A stretch of DNA of 64,000 nucleotides from Camelus dromedarius (lineage: Eukaryota): assembly GCF_036321535.1 (NCBI RefSeq), contig NC_087436.1:97962001-98026000 (forward strand), read 5' to 3'. Shown piece after piece: positions 1 through 14,032 of this stretch. The notes below the pieces were generated by a model that saw only the letters and a program-made list of their open reading frames with translations, was not told where the DNA came from and did not search any database. Each line of letters begins with the position of its first letter. Position 1 is the first letter of the stretch. A program made the position numbers and the translations under genes.

Positions 1-1799
1 TAGATGTGTTAAATAACTAAAATTAAAAAAAAAAATACTAACAAAGACAAACTAATACAAAAAGAGAGATAAATTTACTTCTAGTGAAATACATTAATGC
101 TACAATCTGTTGGAATATTGTTAGTCAAAATTCCTCCCCAAGACAATAGTTTCCAGCTTCTCCTGCCTGTTTTGTATGAAGAATTCAATATGCCTATAAC
201 TTCACTTCTAGTTAACATAGTAGGTTTCTGTTATGTTTCTAAAGATGTTTATTATTTTTTAGTGCATTCTATTGTTTCATTTATCTCTATTTTAACTTTA
301 TTGATGCTGGCTTCGTGTTCTTTTTGTGGCTACTGCTTTCCTGAGACTGAAAAAAAAAAAAAAGTACATTTTTGAACCAAGAGTGACTGTTACATCAGCA
401 AGGCCAGCAGTCAGAAAGGAGAGCTCATGATGATGGAGGAAAGAGCAAGAGCCGGCCCTCACTAGCATGTCTGTATTAATCTCTCACTTCCTTCAGTCAA
501 CAGCAGCCATCAGAGCAAAATGGTTGCTGCTTTATTTTTATCCCCCAAATATTGCATATTTTTTATTTGTCTGACTCTTTTTTGGAATGAAAACCTGGGA
601 AACATAAGTCTCAACAACCTAATTGATATTAGAATAGGCCAGCATACATGGTAAGAAAAAAGTCAGTTTGGATGATGATGATAATAATCATAGGATAATG
701 GGGCAAAATTTTAAAGACAAAGTATACTGAATTAAAAGAAATAGATCACAGTGAGGTATGGATTGATAGTAAATCTAGAGCATTTTTCTTTCTAATTTTC
801 TATTTCCAATTTTGCATCCTGGTTAATATTTATTCAGGATACTTAGTAAGAACAGAAATAACTACAAATTTTTAAAAAATAATAAAAAAAATCAGTTTCC
901 TGCTATCTATATTGTCTTATATTGTTTTGGGATGACAAAATTTCCTTCCTTAAGGTGTTGGTGTTTCATAACTAAAAACTAAACTAAACTGAAAAATGCT
1001 TTCCTATTACTTCTCTATCTCTTATATACTACATTTCTCTTGAAACACAATTGAGCAGTCCTCTGACTTTTACCATGAGACATGACCTAATTTCCACATT
1101 TTGTGATAGTCTCACTTATTTTCTTCACTCTACTTCTCTGAATGTAGTCAATTTTATATCTCCCCAGTGCATCTATGCTTTTCATACAGCTATAAAAAAA
1201 TTTTTCCTTAACATCAGTGATTTTTAATTTAAAGCCTATAAAATGTCTTTCACATATTGTGAAATTTTACATTTCTTTCTCTCTGTACTAAGCTTTTGGA
1301 TATCTGTTTTACTCATATGAATTTTAATTATAGTATTAATTATATTTTTCAGAAACTGACTGATCTCACAACATAATACTTCCAAGTACATTTCCATTCA
1401 TTCCTACTTACTCAACTATTCTGACTTGCCTCAAGGATTTTTTTTTCCTGTTTAAACAAATTTTACTAAGATTATGTATTCTAACAAAGGTACGCCAGTT
1501 CAAATGTAGAAGCAGATATAGAAATCAGTCAATGAAAATTGGGATTGAAAACATATGTAAGTTCACAAAGAAATATTTGAAATCAAATATTAGGCCAAAA
1601 CTAGGAATTAAAATCAACCTATATTTCTTGAGTACACTTAAAACATATAGGTCATAGGAATTAGGATAAAACTACTCAGAAATGCTGTCCTTTAAATCAA
1701 TTTATTCTCTAGTAATAGAGAATACAAATAATGATCAGAATTAATTAGTAGGATCAAGTTTGAACATTAATATGTGATTATCCAAGAATCCACACCCTG

Positions 1800-1960
1800 T
1801 GTTATCATACGTGTCTGCTTCTCTCATTAGAAATAAAAGCTGTTTTGCAGGGGGAGCTTACAACATTTATTTTGTTGAATCTGTCACCTCTGCCAAGCAG
1901 CTATCACAAGGATTTGAAAAAAACAGTGCTTAATAACTCACTGTTAAATTAATTAAATAA
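1800..1960 (+). mobile_element. L2 LINE 3' end fragment
   Basis: Degenerate match to the L2 3' terminus, ending cagtgcttaataactcactgttaaattaattaaat. Confidence 0.5.
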
Positions 1961-2859
1961 TAGTTATAGTACATGAAATGCCACAAAAAAGAACAAAGCC
2001 GATTTTAGAACTAAATACCTACAGTGAAAAAAATGAACAATAGATTCCAAAATGATGCCTTTCATAACCAAAGCAGTTACTAATGCTTCAAATTTTCTAT
2101 CTTAATTTCCATCAAGCTTTTCAATAGGTTCCTGTACACTTCTTTGGTTTTATTTCAATACATAAATTTTCTCTCATGCTTTATGCTTCTAAGTGAAGAT
2201 GAAAAATCAATTACTTCTGAATTGAACATACTGAATGCAGTTGAAATGGGATTTTCACATTGTTTGCAACCCTCAGAGTAATTCTAAGAGATGATCAAAT
2301 TTAAAGTATATGTTCTTTACAGAAAATTGAGAGGAGTCACGCTAATACAGAGCCGTTGATATGATGTTTTTTCTGTAGTGTGTTGTCAGAAATTCTTTCC
2401 ATTAGCCTGCTAATGTGTATCTTTCTTAATGAAACTTGCTGCCCTTTCTTAAGATATGAGTGTATCCTAAATACTATTAAAGAATAACATGGGAGGCAGT
2501 GACTAACAGTGATAGAGAAGTTCAGAGAAGGAAGAGATGAGGGTTATTTGGACAAGTCTTTATCAGAGAGAAAACAGGGTAAGTTCAGGAATATTTGAAT
2601 ACAAAATTTCCACTTCAGTATTTTAATTGTTGCTAATATATATATCTCTTTCACTCATTTACATTTTGTCATGAATGTCATGATTTTTAAAGATGTTCCC
2701 TCTGAATTAAAATTATAAAACTAATTTCTTAAAATATTATTCTTGAAAAGTTTTTCTAAATATAATTTTTGTTTTATTTGTATTATATCTGTAACTAATA
2801 GTCTGTGGGAAAAAAGGTACAATTGTCTAGGAATATTTATGTGTGAATTTTAAAACTTC

Positions 2860-2990
2860 CCATTCATTCATTTATCTATTTGTTCTTCTTACTGTTAGCT
2901 TTTGACCCTCTATTGAATGTCATGCACTGTTCGAGGAACTGAAGACACAAGAGGTACACATCTTCTTATAAATTCTCGCGTCTATGAAAA
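2860..2990 (-). mobile_element. L2 LINE 3' end fragment
   Basis: cattcattcatttat (reverse of the L2 tail) followed by atgcactgttcgaggaactgaagacac. Confidence 0.5.
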
Positions 2991-2997
2991 GATAGAG

Positions 2998-3207
2998 CAG
3001 TTTCTCAACCATGGCATTTTTGGTATTTTGGGCCAGAGGACTGTTTGTTGGGCGGGCCTTTCCTGTACTACAGGATTTTTAGCAGCATCCCTAGGTTTAC
3101 TCACTAGATGCCAGGATCTCCTTCCCTGTTTATAAGAATCAAAAATGTTGCCAAGTATTACCAAATAACCCCAAGGGGACAAAATTGCTCCTGGCCGAAA
3201 ACCACAA
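2998..3207 (-). mobile_element. MER20 (hAT-Charlie MITE), essentially full length
   Basis: cagtttctcaacc...tttagcagcatccctagg...cactagatgccagg...ggggacaaaattgctcctggccgaaaaccac matches the reverse complement of MER20. Degenerate 8-bp TSD agatagag/atatagac. Confidence 0.9.
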
Positions 3208-5849
3208 ATATAGACTACAGCTATATGAAGTATAGTTAAACACATTACTTCTTGAAGTTAAGATAACTGGCTTCAGATTATCATTGCTGTAATCAATATG
3301 GGAGCCTTACTAAAACATAAATGTTGTTCATATATGCACAATGGCATAAAAACAAATAAATAAATAAGCGAATAACCAAAACATACATATTTAAATATAT
3401 GAATACAAGTATTCATGAAAATTAAAATGTAGCAAGGAATCATATTAGATTCCTAAAGATTATGTTAATAATTAAATCTCTTGCATTAATTGTTTCTTTT
3501 TTACCATCCCTAAAATAGATAATATTTTTGCTATCACTATGTATACATTTAAATAATTCTTCCTGTCACACTACATTTCAATCACCTAAATATGAAATAT
3601 CTAATACAATGTCTACTGATAATAGTCATAATACCAGGGATTGAAATGGCCAAGTTACCAAGTAATATGTCAAGGTAGGTAATGAACTAGCTGTTTTCTA
3701 ATAAATTTTTCTCACTCTCTTTTCACAATATGCAATTTTTTTTATGTTTTATTCAGTACCATAAGGTGTTTGGGTCTACATTTAATGAGCAATGCATAAT
3801 AGTTTCCATCTTGGTACAATATTCAAAACCACCTATCTTCAAAAGTACAATTTAAACAATATACAAAAGAAAATCTATTCTACTCAATTCTCTAAAATTA
3901 ACATTGAAATCCATATAAGCAGGAAAAGTATATGTGGACCTTTTAACATTTTATTGTTGCTCTGTCACCACAATTCCCTCAACACACACAAAATGAACCG
4001 ATGTTACTGAATTGCACACCAGAGTCCCTTTCAAAAAAGGGCTATAGGAAACAGATCTACAAAATTCTTGTTTGATCCACTGTAGGGAATACTGCTGAAG
4101 ATGATGTTAATTATATTACATAATTTGATTTTTATGATTACTCGTAGGTAAAAAGTTGTCTAATATTAAGTCTCTAAGGTAACTAGACTTTTGATATTTA
4201 AGGCATTAGATACTTTGCAATTAACCTGAATTCTTTTCACTGATGGGATTTATGGAGTGGTAAAAACAAAACCTGTGTCCTAACCATCACACGTATATAT
4301 GCTTGTATCATATTGTATTGTATCCTCATGCTATGACATGATATGGTCCTACACTATTTACTTATCTTTGTTATTTTAACTTATGTTAAATTATACCTCA
4401 TGTGTCTCTATATTAAGCCCCAAATCTTTCTGAACCAAGAGTATATACAAATAAGATAAACTATTCTAAAACCCAGTATGTAAATATGTATTAATTCATA
4501 CAGACAAAATATTTTTTGTTGCACACATAGGGTTTCATCAAATATTTATCTGTTACTTGAAATTTAAACTGTCTTCATAAAGAATTACTGACCAAAACAA
4601 CTCCAACAACAAGAATAACCATAAAAACAACAATGAAGTATTTGCAAAACTTCTACAGCAATTTTTGTCTCAACTTAGCAACTCATTAATGGATCAACAG
4701 AACTCGAAACTCTGTCATAGCCACATCCTTGCACACTCACCTTCCCTTTGCTCCAGCACCCAGTTCAATTTTTGGTTTATTAGATTCTACCCTGTATACT
4801 GTTGCTTGATATTTCCTTTTAAAATGTTTCTTTAAAAAAAATGATAAAGGCAAAGAATATTTGAACCAGAAAATCTAAAAAGTATAGATAAATTTCTTAC
4901 ATGTGTGTATTATTATTTCCAAACTCTCTTCTATGAACATTTGTGCTATGAAGAGCACAAAGGTAGGAACATACTTTTCATAGAAATTATAGAGGCACTA
5001 AAGCCAATATTTTCTAATTCCCCTCTATGTTCACGATCATTTTTTTCATTAAAGCACCCTCCCTCATATCTTTATAATGACCACAAATCAGTCTACCGAT
5101 TGGACATACCATAATCTGATTAATAATTCTCATTATTAGGTGATTTAAATGATTCAGCAATTTAAGCAATGCTTTGACTATATCTAACAGTTTAAATTTT
5201 GAGCAGAATATTTCCAAAGTATAAATTCTCTGAAGTGATATTGTTGAGGTAAAAAAGCAAGCCAGATACCAATATTTTGACAGAAGATGTAAAATTGCTT
5301 TAAAACCTGAAAAATTTTATTACTTCTGCACCAGACTATTCTTGTTATAATAACAGATTTATCATATTGCCATCAGCTTAAGAATCACTACTGATTACAT
5401 GATAAAAGATCTAGACTCCTTAACTTGCCATTAGAAAATGTTCTGTGCAGACTTATTTTATATAGATTTATCATTTTATCCTAAGGAATGTTTAAAACAG
5501 TGAAGCTAATTTTTTTGGTTTACCTTTTATTTCATTTTCTGTCCACATTGATTCATGTCGTCACTCTACCTGCGCCTCACATACACTATCAAATAAAAGT
5601 CTCTATTTACATTAGGCTTTGACTATAATTCAAAACCAATTTAAAATGGAAAATTCCACAAAACTTAACAAGGAAAAAGGCATGACCTCCAATTGTATAA
5701 ACCCTATGTTGATTATGATATAGACATAGAAAATCTGTATTATTATTGGTGATAAGAAGGATTATAACGGAAATTCTGTTTAGTGGGTACTTATTATATG
5801 CTTAAGCAAAGTGTTTAAGACCAATTTCAAAACTTCTCTGTGAAAAGCA

Positions 5850-5998
5850 TCCACTGATTGACTGATTCATTGATTTTTATTTATTCAACAATGTGTATTC
5901 AACAATGCGTAAATGCAAGGCTGTGTTCTAGGTCTGGGCTGCAGACCTTTGTTTTGAATATAACCAGATACCTATCACCTAGATTTTACATTCTAGAG
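5850..5998 (-). mobile_element. L2 LINE 3' end fragment
   Basis: ttattcaacaatgtgtattcaac...aggctgtgttctaggtctggg...tttacattctag. Confidence 0.6.
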
Positions 5999-8169
5999 AG
6001 AATTTAGTTTATCATCTACACATTACAGGCAAGGAAAAAAGGCTTAGAGTGGTTTGATAACTGGAACACTTCACACTGAAGCTATACTGCACTCTATATT
6101 AATTCTAAATGTTAACCTCATCACACGTCTATTGTCTGTTTGTTTTCCAAGAGTTTGAATGTCTGAATATCACTTTCATTCACATATCCTCCTTAAAATT
6201 ACTGTTACAAAAATATTCTTAGCTCTTTTCCCTTTTTGGAGAATAATCACTTATCAAAATGATACGAAGATAACTATATCTCTCTCCATCGACAAGTGTA
6301 CGTATATAGCTCTATGTGTGTATATACTATAGATATGAACCATTTCATTTAGCCATTAGACGTATATTATATGCACATTTATTTATGTTCCATATACATG
6401 TGAGAATTAATTTTCATCACAGCATTATTGTAAAAGAATGTGAATACTAAATTTAAATATGCAAATGATGAGTAATTTTTTTCTGAGTCTAAAATAATTT
6501 GCACATTTGAGCTAAATCACTAAGTCATTTGACTCAAGCTTGCTGAAGTCCTTTTCCCCCCTTTTACTCTCATTATCTTTTTTCTTTCTTTGAAAAAACA
6601 AACAACTCAACAACTAATCTTGGTATAGTAAAGATGAAAAAGCTTAAATAAAACATTTCACAGTTTATTTTTGAGTAATAATTGATAAGTTGCTTTTAAA
6701 ATACCATCTATCATTTCAATTGTTTCTATTAATCATTTCAAATGATGGTCTTGTGGTTAGGGTTTTGAACTCCATTTCTATGGAGAGATGAAACATTTTG
6801 TTTTAAATTATTTTTTACAATGTATTTAAAAACAGGTAGTATCCACTAGACTGACAGCCTCACTGAATCATAGGGCAGGAACCAAGTTTGTATGTTCTTT
6901 TCTGACTCCACACTTTCTAAGTATGGTATCCGACTAGAGGAAGCATTTTACGGTTACTTTTCGGGAAACCAAATCTTAGTTATATTTTGCTTTGTGTTAC
7001 TTGTCTGCTCATCTGATATAAGAACTGGAAACCAGAAGAAACAGTGGTAAGATAGATTCAAAGTAAATATTTTAGTTTCAGTTTACCAGGCCAAAAATAA
7101 ACATTTGGATGATAATTTTTAAAATGATTAACTCCAAACGATGAAAGTAAAGACCAATGAAAGTTTCTCTTTAACATTAATAGAAACAAACAAAAAAGAT
7201 AAAAGTGTTACTTGGGCAATTGCTTTAATAGGATACCTTGCTGAACTAAGATTCTAGAGAAAAATATTATAATTAGAGAGGGCATCTGTATGTGGTGTTA
7301 ACATTCAATGCAACTCATTTCAGTGTAAAATTACTTCCTCTGCACAAAATCTATTCAAATTAATTCAGAAATATGTTAGAAATAGATTTATTTTCAGAAA
7401 ATGCTACAAAATATAGTCTGTTTTGATAATTTATTAAAACCTAGAAGGAAAAGAAATACCAAATAATTTAGACTGGCACATATTTTTGTCATAGTCCCCA
7501 GCATAACAAAAACACATTTACTTTATTACTCCTACAAACATGCCATTTTTGTCTGTAAAGGAGTTTTGTAACTCTGTTCATAACTGCCCAATAGCTAAAA
7601 GTATCTAATTTGCCAAAATCTACCAAGCATTAAATTTTAATATCGCTATCAAAGTGTCATCATGTAAAATATATGTATAATTAGAAGAAAATATTGTATT
7701 GAGAGCAAGACAGATTAATGATTCAACTTGAATGTGCCACTGTATTTGAACGTTGCTATCCACCATTTTTGCAAAGAACTTATTCTGTAAGTAAATCTAT
7801 TAATTTGTACAAAAAAATCAAAAGAGAAGTTTATACCAATCCATCAAACAATTTATGTGTAAAATACAGATATAGTTTACTAATTTGAAACTGTATTAAA
7901 ATACATAGAAAGCAAACGATGTTACTATTATTTAGTGTAAAAGCAGTGTCAAATACCCATTAATGCCATTTGAGATAATTAATTTATATAGTGTTTGTAA
8001 AATAAATCATTGTTTATTGTTAAAAATGATATAATACTATTTTAACATTATAAAGTAGAGAAAACATAAAGAAGTTAATACTTATTCATGATCATGTTAC
8101 TCAAATTTATTAAAAATCCAAATAAATTTTGAATTTAATTTTTCTAATTTTGTTTCTATAACACAGGTT

Positions 8170-10270
8170 ATGTATAAGGTATACTTAATAACTTTTAAGT
8201 TAAATTTTATTATACATCATGTATGCCAAGAGCATAGATATTGTTAAAATATTAAAACTTCTGTATTTCCCCATATAATTTTAAAAATGAGGATCCATAC
8301 AAAAAAGTCTCCTTTGTTCTGATCATTATCCCACTTCCTCTCTGTCCAACCCAACTTTCAGCAGCATCTTAAATTTAATGTATATACCTTCCTAATATTG
8401 TTGTTATGTATTTACTATACATGTATAGTGTAAAAATATACTGTATTGTCACTTAAAATTTCCCTTATTGCTATCATGTGAATATATATTCTGTAATTTG
8501 CCTTTTTTATTCAATTCTTTTTTTAAATATCAACCCAGGTTTATATAGATTTAGTCATTAATTTTTACTGCTATACAGAACACACTCACACATACACACT
8601 TTAAACCTATTTGCATCGTTCCACTGATATAAATAGAAAATGTTTCCAATTCTCCATTACAAGCTTGTCATATGAACTTTTGCATATTTCCTTGTTTAAG
8701 TGTAAAAGTTTTCTTTGGATTTCATGCATACTGTGTAATTTCTAGGTCTTAGGTTATGTATGTCTTTAGTTTTGTTAATTATTGCTGAAGCCCATTCCAA
8801 AGTGTTCTAACAATTTGCATCTCATCAGCAAAAATACAAGTGTCCTATTTTGCATTTCTTCCTATTTTGCCAGTAGCAAATGTTTAAAAACATTTTGTAT
8901 AATTTTGTTAAATTTGAAAAATTATCTGTTTCCTTTTAATTTGTATACTCTAGATTACTGGCAGAAGAAACATATTTCACATATTTATTGGCCATCCAAA
9001 TCACATTTTTTGTGAACTTACTGCACACAATTTTCTGCTTTTTTTCTAATGAACTGTCTTTTGTTAATACATTTTAGACATTCTTTATATATAATTGATA
9101 CCAAAATGTTTCAAACATTTTCTTTCATTTTATTTTTTAAATTTGTGTACGTTTGTCATAATGAACTGTTAATATTAGCAATTTTATCAATCCCATTTTT
9201 AAATTTTTTGAATTGAGTGTCCTATTGGAGAAAATCTTATTTTTTTTACTTAACATATTTCTCTCTATATTTTTAACAATGTTAAATTTTTATTTTATTA
9301 TTCTGTCTTTAATGTATTAGAAAATATTTATGTGTAGTGTGAGGTCAAACTAATTTCATACTTTCCCTTCTGCATGTGATGAATTAATTGCTTCCAAAAG
9401 AAATTATTATACAGTCAAGGTTTTCCTGACTGATTAAAAAAGCCAACTCTGTCACAAATATTCACATAGATGCGGGGTTTTTCTGTCAATTTGTATATAT
9501 CTAGGCCAGTATCATAATGTTTTCATTAATATTGCTGTATGATCCAGGGTTTGATCAAGACAACAAAAGCTCTGCCAAAGAGTCCAGCACAGTGAATTTA
9601 ATATGGGAATTATTTGTAAAGGTGGCAGAACTGGAAGGGCAGAAGGGGATGGTGAGGCTACCCAATGTTTAGCAACAGCAGAAAGGCACTGCAGCCCCCA
9701 GGACTGGAAGGAGCCATGAAAGAGTCGGTGTTTGCGAGGTCCTGTGGGTAAGACGGCAGGAAAGATTTGGCCTGGATGTAACTAGAATGTCAAAAAAGAT
9801 GCAGCCTCTGCAAGAGAGGCTGCGTGGAAGTAGAGAGAAAGGAGCAGAAATAATCCAACATCTCCTTGCCTCTCACTGTTTACTCTTCTGGGGTGCCACC
9901 CACGATCCTGAAGCCAGCGGGTAAGGTGGCCTGGGAAATGTGGTTGAATTTACTAGTGCCGATAAAGGCAAAGCAAATCCTAACATAAAATAAATCCCAA
10001 TATAAGATAATGTTAAGACACTACCCTTTCTTAGTCTTTCTTATACAAATAGCCTTTGCTTTTAAATTTACCTTGATTGTCTAATGTGAAATTTAGAGGT
10101 CAATTGTCAAGTTCATTAAATAAATTTTTAAAAAGCAAAGGAAAGGGTCATTTTCTATTATAAGTAAATTATTATATAAGTTAATTTGGAGAAGCCTTGA
10201 CATATTTGTAAGGAGGTGGAATGGTATACTACTAACATCTTGAGGACTAGTGAATGTATAAACAAATTCT
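8170..10270 (-). mobile_element. Ancient L1 (L1MD/L1ME-like) 3' region, interrupted by an LTR at about 9535-9960
   Basis: Antisense L1 ORF2/3' motifs: ttccaaagtgttctaacaatttgcatctcatcagcaa, catatttattggccat, taagttaatttggagaagccttgacatattt. Confidence 0.75.
9535..9960 (-). mobile_element. MaLR LTR (old MLT1 K-N type)
   Basis: GC-richer block starting tgtatgatccagggtttgatcaagac, with tttaatatgggaatt and ggcctgggaaatgtgg typical of old MLT1 LTRs. Confidence 0.65.
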
Positions 10271-10299
10271 ACTCCTTCTAGCTGTGTATACATATCTCT

Positions 10300-10432
10300 G
10301 CAGCAGTTTTCCCATTTTTAAAATGAGTATAACAACAGTACATAATGTAAACTTGTTTTTTTTTAATATGCATACAGCACTTAGAACAAGGCCTGATATA
10401 TGACAAGCACTTAATAATATTGTCATTATTGC
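10300..10432 (+). mobile_element. MIR SINE fragment
   Basis: cagttttcccatttttaaaaatgag...agcacttagaacaaggcctgatatatgacaagcacttaataa. Confidence 0.75.
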
Positions 10433-12426
10433 TGCTGTTTTATTACTTTATCATTAAGATTTTTTTTTTTGGTTTTCCTGTCCATCATGATGATGTATCA
10501 TCTCACTTATTTAATTATTTGTAATGAAACAATATTTGTATAGAAGTCTCGTATAATTTAAAAAAATACCCTAACTCTATCTTGAATTCTGGGTAAATTT
10601 CACCGCATCTACTCCCAAGTCACTAATTTTCTTTTGAACACTGTCCAGCTTATAACTTTTGTAGAGGCTAATTTTTACAAATTTCAATATGTATGGCTTT
10701 ACATTCCATGATTAATAGATTGCTCTGTCCATTATTATGTATTTTAAGGATTATTTTGGTTTCTGATCTATAGTTCTTTATTTTAGAGATTAGATATGAA
10801 CATGTGAATGGTCATATCATCAAATCATTATATTATTTATATTTCACTGGGAGTAAATTTGTCTTTCATGTGTGTGAATGTGGCACATAGAGGGAAAGCT
10901 AGAAGGTGAATATGAATTCAAAATATAAAGGATCCAAGTAGAAACTGTGCAGAACCTAAGCGATGGCTTGTTGTCAGAGAGAAACCATTACCACTGTCAG
11001 TACTTTTGATTGGGATGAATGGACACAGGTGAGTGGGATCATGGGTATGCAGTGTTAGTAGCACTTTCTACTACTGTTGAAAGCATCTCAGAGAGCCTGT
11101 CCCCGAGGCAAGCCACATATTCCTACTGCCCAAAGGGCCTGTTTACTGTATGGTTGCCATCCCTGCAGTGTTTTTGAACATCAGCCCCATCAGTGTGGAC
11201 AGCACATGTTCACTGACATGGGCGTATGCAGCATAGAAGCTTTGTTTCTCTAGCAAGCAGGTAAGATTACAGAACCTGAACCTGGAGCTCTAGAGACAAT
11301 TCTAAATAGCACCTATTATAAAGAACAGCAACATTACTAACATAAATATATAGCCTTCTCATGTAAGTAGATACTCATTGACAGCCTTCTCATTCAAAAG
11401 TAGATACTAATTTGACAGTATAAATTCTAACACATCTATTGAAAAGTTACTTTTTACATATAACCGGTATATGTTGACATTTTATAGAATTTTGAATAAC
11501 TTTCTTTTCAGATTGAGGCTAGGACCATAAGTAGCAACAGAGAAGTGCAAAAATATGACTGATATTCCATCTACAATGACCCATTATCCCAAGAGAAAAG
11601 CCACCGTTAAAAATTTATAGTTTCTGCGCTTTGCAATTTTTAAATCCTGACTACAAACTAGGTGTCATTCTCAGTTTTTCTTTTAGTTTACCAAGACACA
11701 TTACATCTACTTTGAGTTTATAACTTAGAGCCAGAAAATGTAATTTTGTTGGTGTGAAGAAAGAATAAACAATTGTTTACAAAATAAAGTGTGGAGCTAT
11801 ACAAATCTCCTATTTATTCTTCTATAATGCCATGTTGCCCTGGAAAAAGTTGCAATATATCTAATACTAATTCAAGAATATGTACACACGAGTGCCAGTA
11901 CAGTTCGTCTTTCCTATTCAAATCTCCCTGCTCTCTTCAAGATTAATATTATACCAATCGGCATACTGCTCTTTTCATTATTACCATGACATTAAGTTTT
12001 GCCAATGAGTTCTTAGATGGATGGAGTAAGTTACCTATGCTAATTAATGATAATAAAATACTCTCAAATGTTAAATCATGTTCTTGGTGTATTTAAGACA
12101 AAAGCCTTTCCAAGGTGCTCTTGGGGAGTTTTTTTCTCCCCCAGCTATCATCTCCACTCTCCCCCCAAATTAATGTATCTGGCATTTCTACATTGGAATG
12201 CTAATTTATTGAGTGATGATAAAACGATGGCAAATAAGTGTTCTTCTGCTAATCCTTGGGAAAATGTCAAGATCCAGGATAGAAATCCTGCCTTCTTCCT
12301 AATTCATCTTTTCTCCCTCCCTCTCTTTCTTCTTTCCTTCATTGCTTCTTTTCCTTTCTCTTTTTTTCCTCCATATTTTGTCTTCAGTCAATTAGTATAT
12401 TTATTAAAATATTCTAAGAGAGAACA

Positions 12427-12850
12427 TCAGTTATCTGTTCCTGTGCAAAAACCCACAAAATCTAATGGCTAAAATATCAACTATTTATTTATCTCATAAT
12501 TCTGCAGGTTGGCACTGGTCTGGACTCAGCTGTGTGGTTCTTCTAATCTGAGCCAGACTCAGCTGGGGTTACTCATGTTCCTACAATCAGTGGACAGGTT
12601 GCTGTCTGGTCCCAGGAAACCACACTCATTTGTTTGGCTGCTGTCTGGATGCCAGCATGGAAGGTGTAAATTATTGGTCACCTCCTTCTCAGCATTCAAC
12701 ATGCTAGCCCAGGCTAGTTCATGTGGTGGCTTCAGGATTCACAGAGTAGCGAGAAAGGCCAAGTTCCAATGTGCAAGCTCTTTAAAAGTCTCTTCTTGTA
12801 TCCTGTTTTATTATTGTCCATTGGTCAAAGCAAACTGCATGAAAAAGTGT
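12427..12850 (-). mobile_element. MaLR LTR (MLT1H-like)
   Basis: cagttatctgttcctg...ctatttatttatctcataattctgcagg...ccaatgtgcaagctcttt...gtccattggtcaaagcaa. Explains ORF 12509..12880 and the tail of ORF 12047..12472. Confidence 0.8.
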
Positions 12851-13899
12851 CTCATTAAAAGCCATCACCTATTTTGCTAGGCATATCTCTGTGATTACTG
12901 GAAATAAAATTCCTATGATAATAGTGGGCATAGCAGACAGAGTCTAGCATATTAGGCATTCTGAGTAACTTTAGAGAATAGAGATATTACCAGTTTAAAA
13001 TGCCTGCTATGTCTTTGGACTTTGAATGCTTATCTTATTTAATGTCACAAAACTCCTGTGCCGTAGGACATGCTACCTCATTCACTCTGCCGACTAAGAC
13101 ACTGAAGTTCATCCCCTTGCTCATCATTAGGGAAAGCCTGAGTAGCAGAGTCAGCATGTGGACAGAAGTATGCCTTGTGCCAAAAACCGTTGTGTCCTCC
13201 CTTTGTAGCATGCTGCTGTATGTAATGAGACCCTTTCAATGACACAGAACATTCAAAATTCACTAAAGCCAAAGAGGGGCCATTCAACAAACCAAGTGCC
13301 AACTCTGCCTACAGGAAACGCCTGCATGGTTCTCAATGAATCAGCAGTTGTCCTTCACTCTCACTGACTGCCTCAGGGACAGGCTAAATTAAACTAAGTA
13401 AATATTAAGAATTAAATCTGCTGAAAATTTATAGGCAGATAAGCTGAAGGCTGTACTTAGTGCTATTCTTAGATCATTGACTTCAGATTTCTTTCCTTGC
13501 AAAGTCCTCATCGGAGTTCCAAGTCTGGCAGCCATCTGGTAAGGTGCGTGTTCTTTTGCTGCTACTTGTACACAGATCTGTCTGTACCCAGGGGAAGATT
13601 AACTGAAGAATGGTGATTTCTGAACTTAGAAGAATATAGTTCCATTGGAAATATGGGAATAAGAAAGTATAAATGAAATCAGAGAAAAGAATGAAAATAA
13701 TTTCAAGATATTAGAAGCAGTTTATGTCTAAACAGTAAAGAATTAGCTCCTTTTATACCATTATGCATGACATAAAGACCAAAGTTAAGTAACTCTTCAA
13801 AGTTCTATACCTACTCCTTCCTGTGTGTGCATTCAGTTTTAACAATTGAGTTGATTAGTATTTTCAAAGCTCATTAAATTTGTTTTGTTCTGATGCTAT

Positions 13900-14032
13900 T
13901 ATATACATATGTAATATAATATACATAAGTGTATATACATGCATGTATATTTGTGTGTATTATCTATGTATACACATATAATATATACATATAAGTATAA
14001 ATAATGCATATGTGTATACATGCATGCATATC
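13900..14032. repeat. Degenerate (TA/CA/TG)n low-complexity tract
   Basis: Alternating purine-pyrimidine tract with an 18-bp palindrome atatacatgcatgtatat at 13933-13950. Confidence 0.8.

Noticed and set aside
12047..12880. Longest non-L1 ORFs (141 aa and 123 aa)
   Set aside because: They run through a pyrimidine-rich tract and an MLT1 LTR, with no recognisable domain or exon structure
13488..13545. Possible 34-nt exon (aag|tcctcatcgg...catctg|gtaagg)
   Set aside because: Weak AAG acceptor and no recognisable peptide
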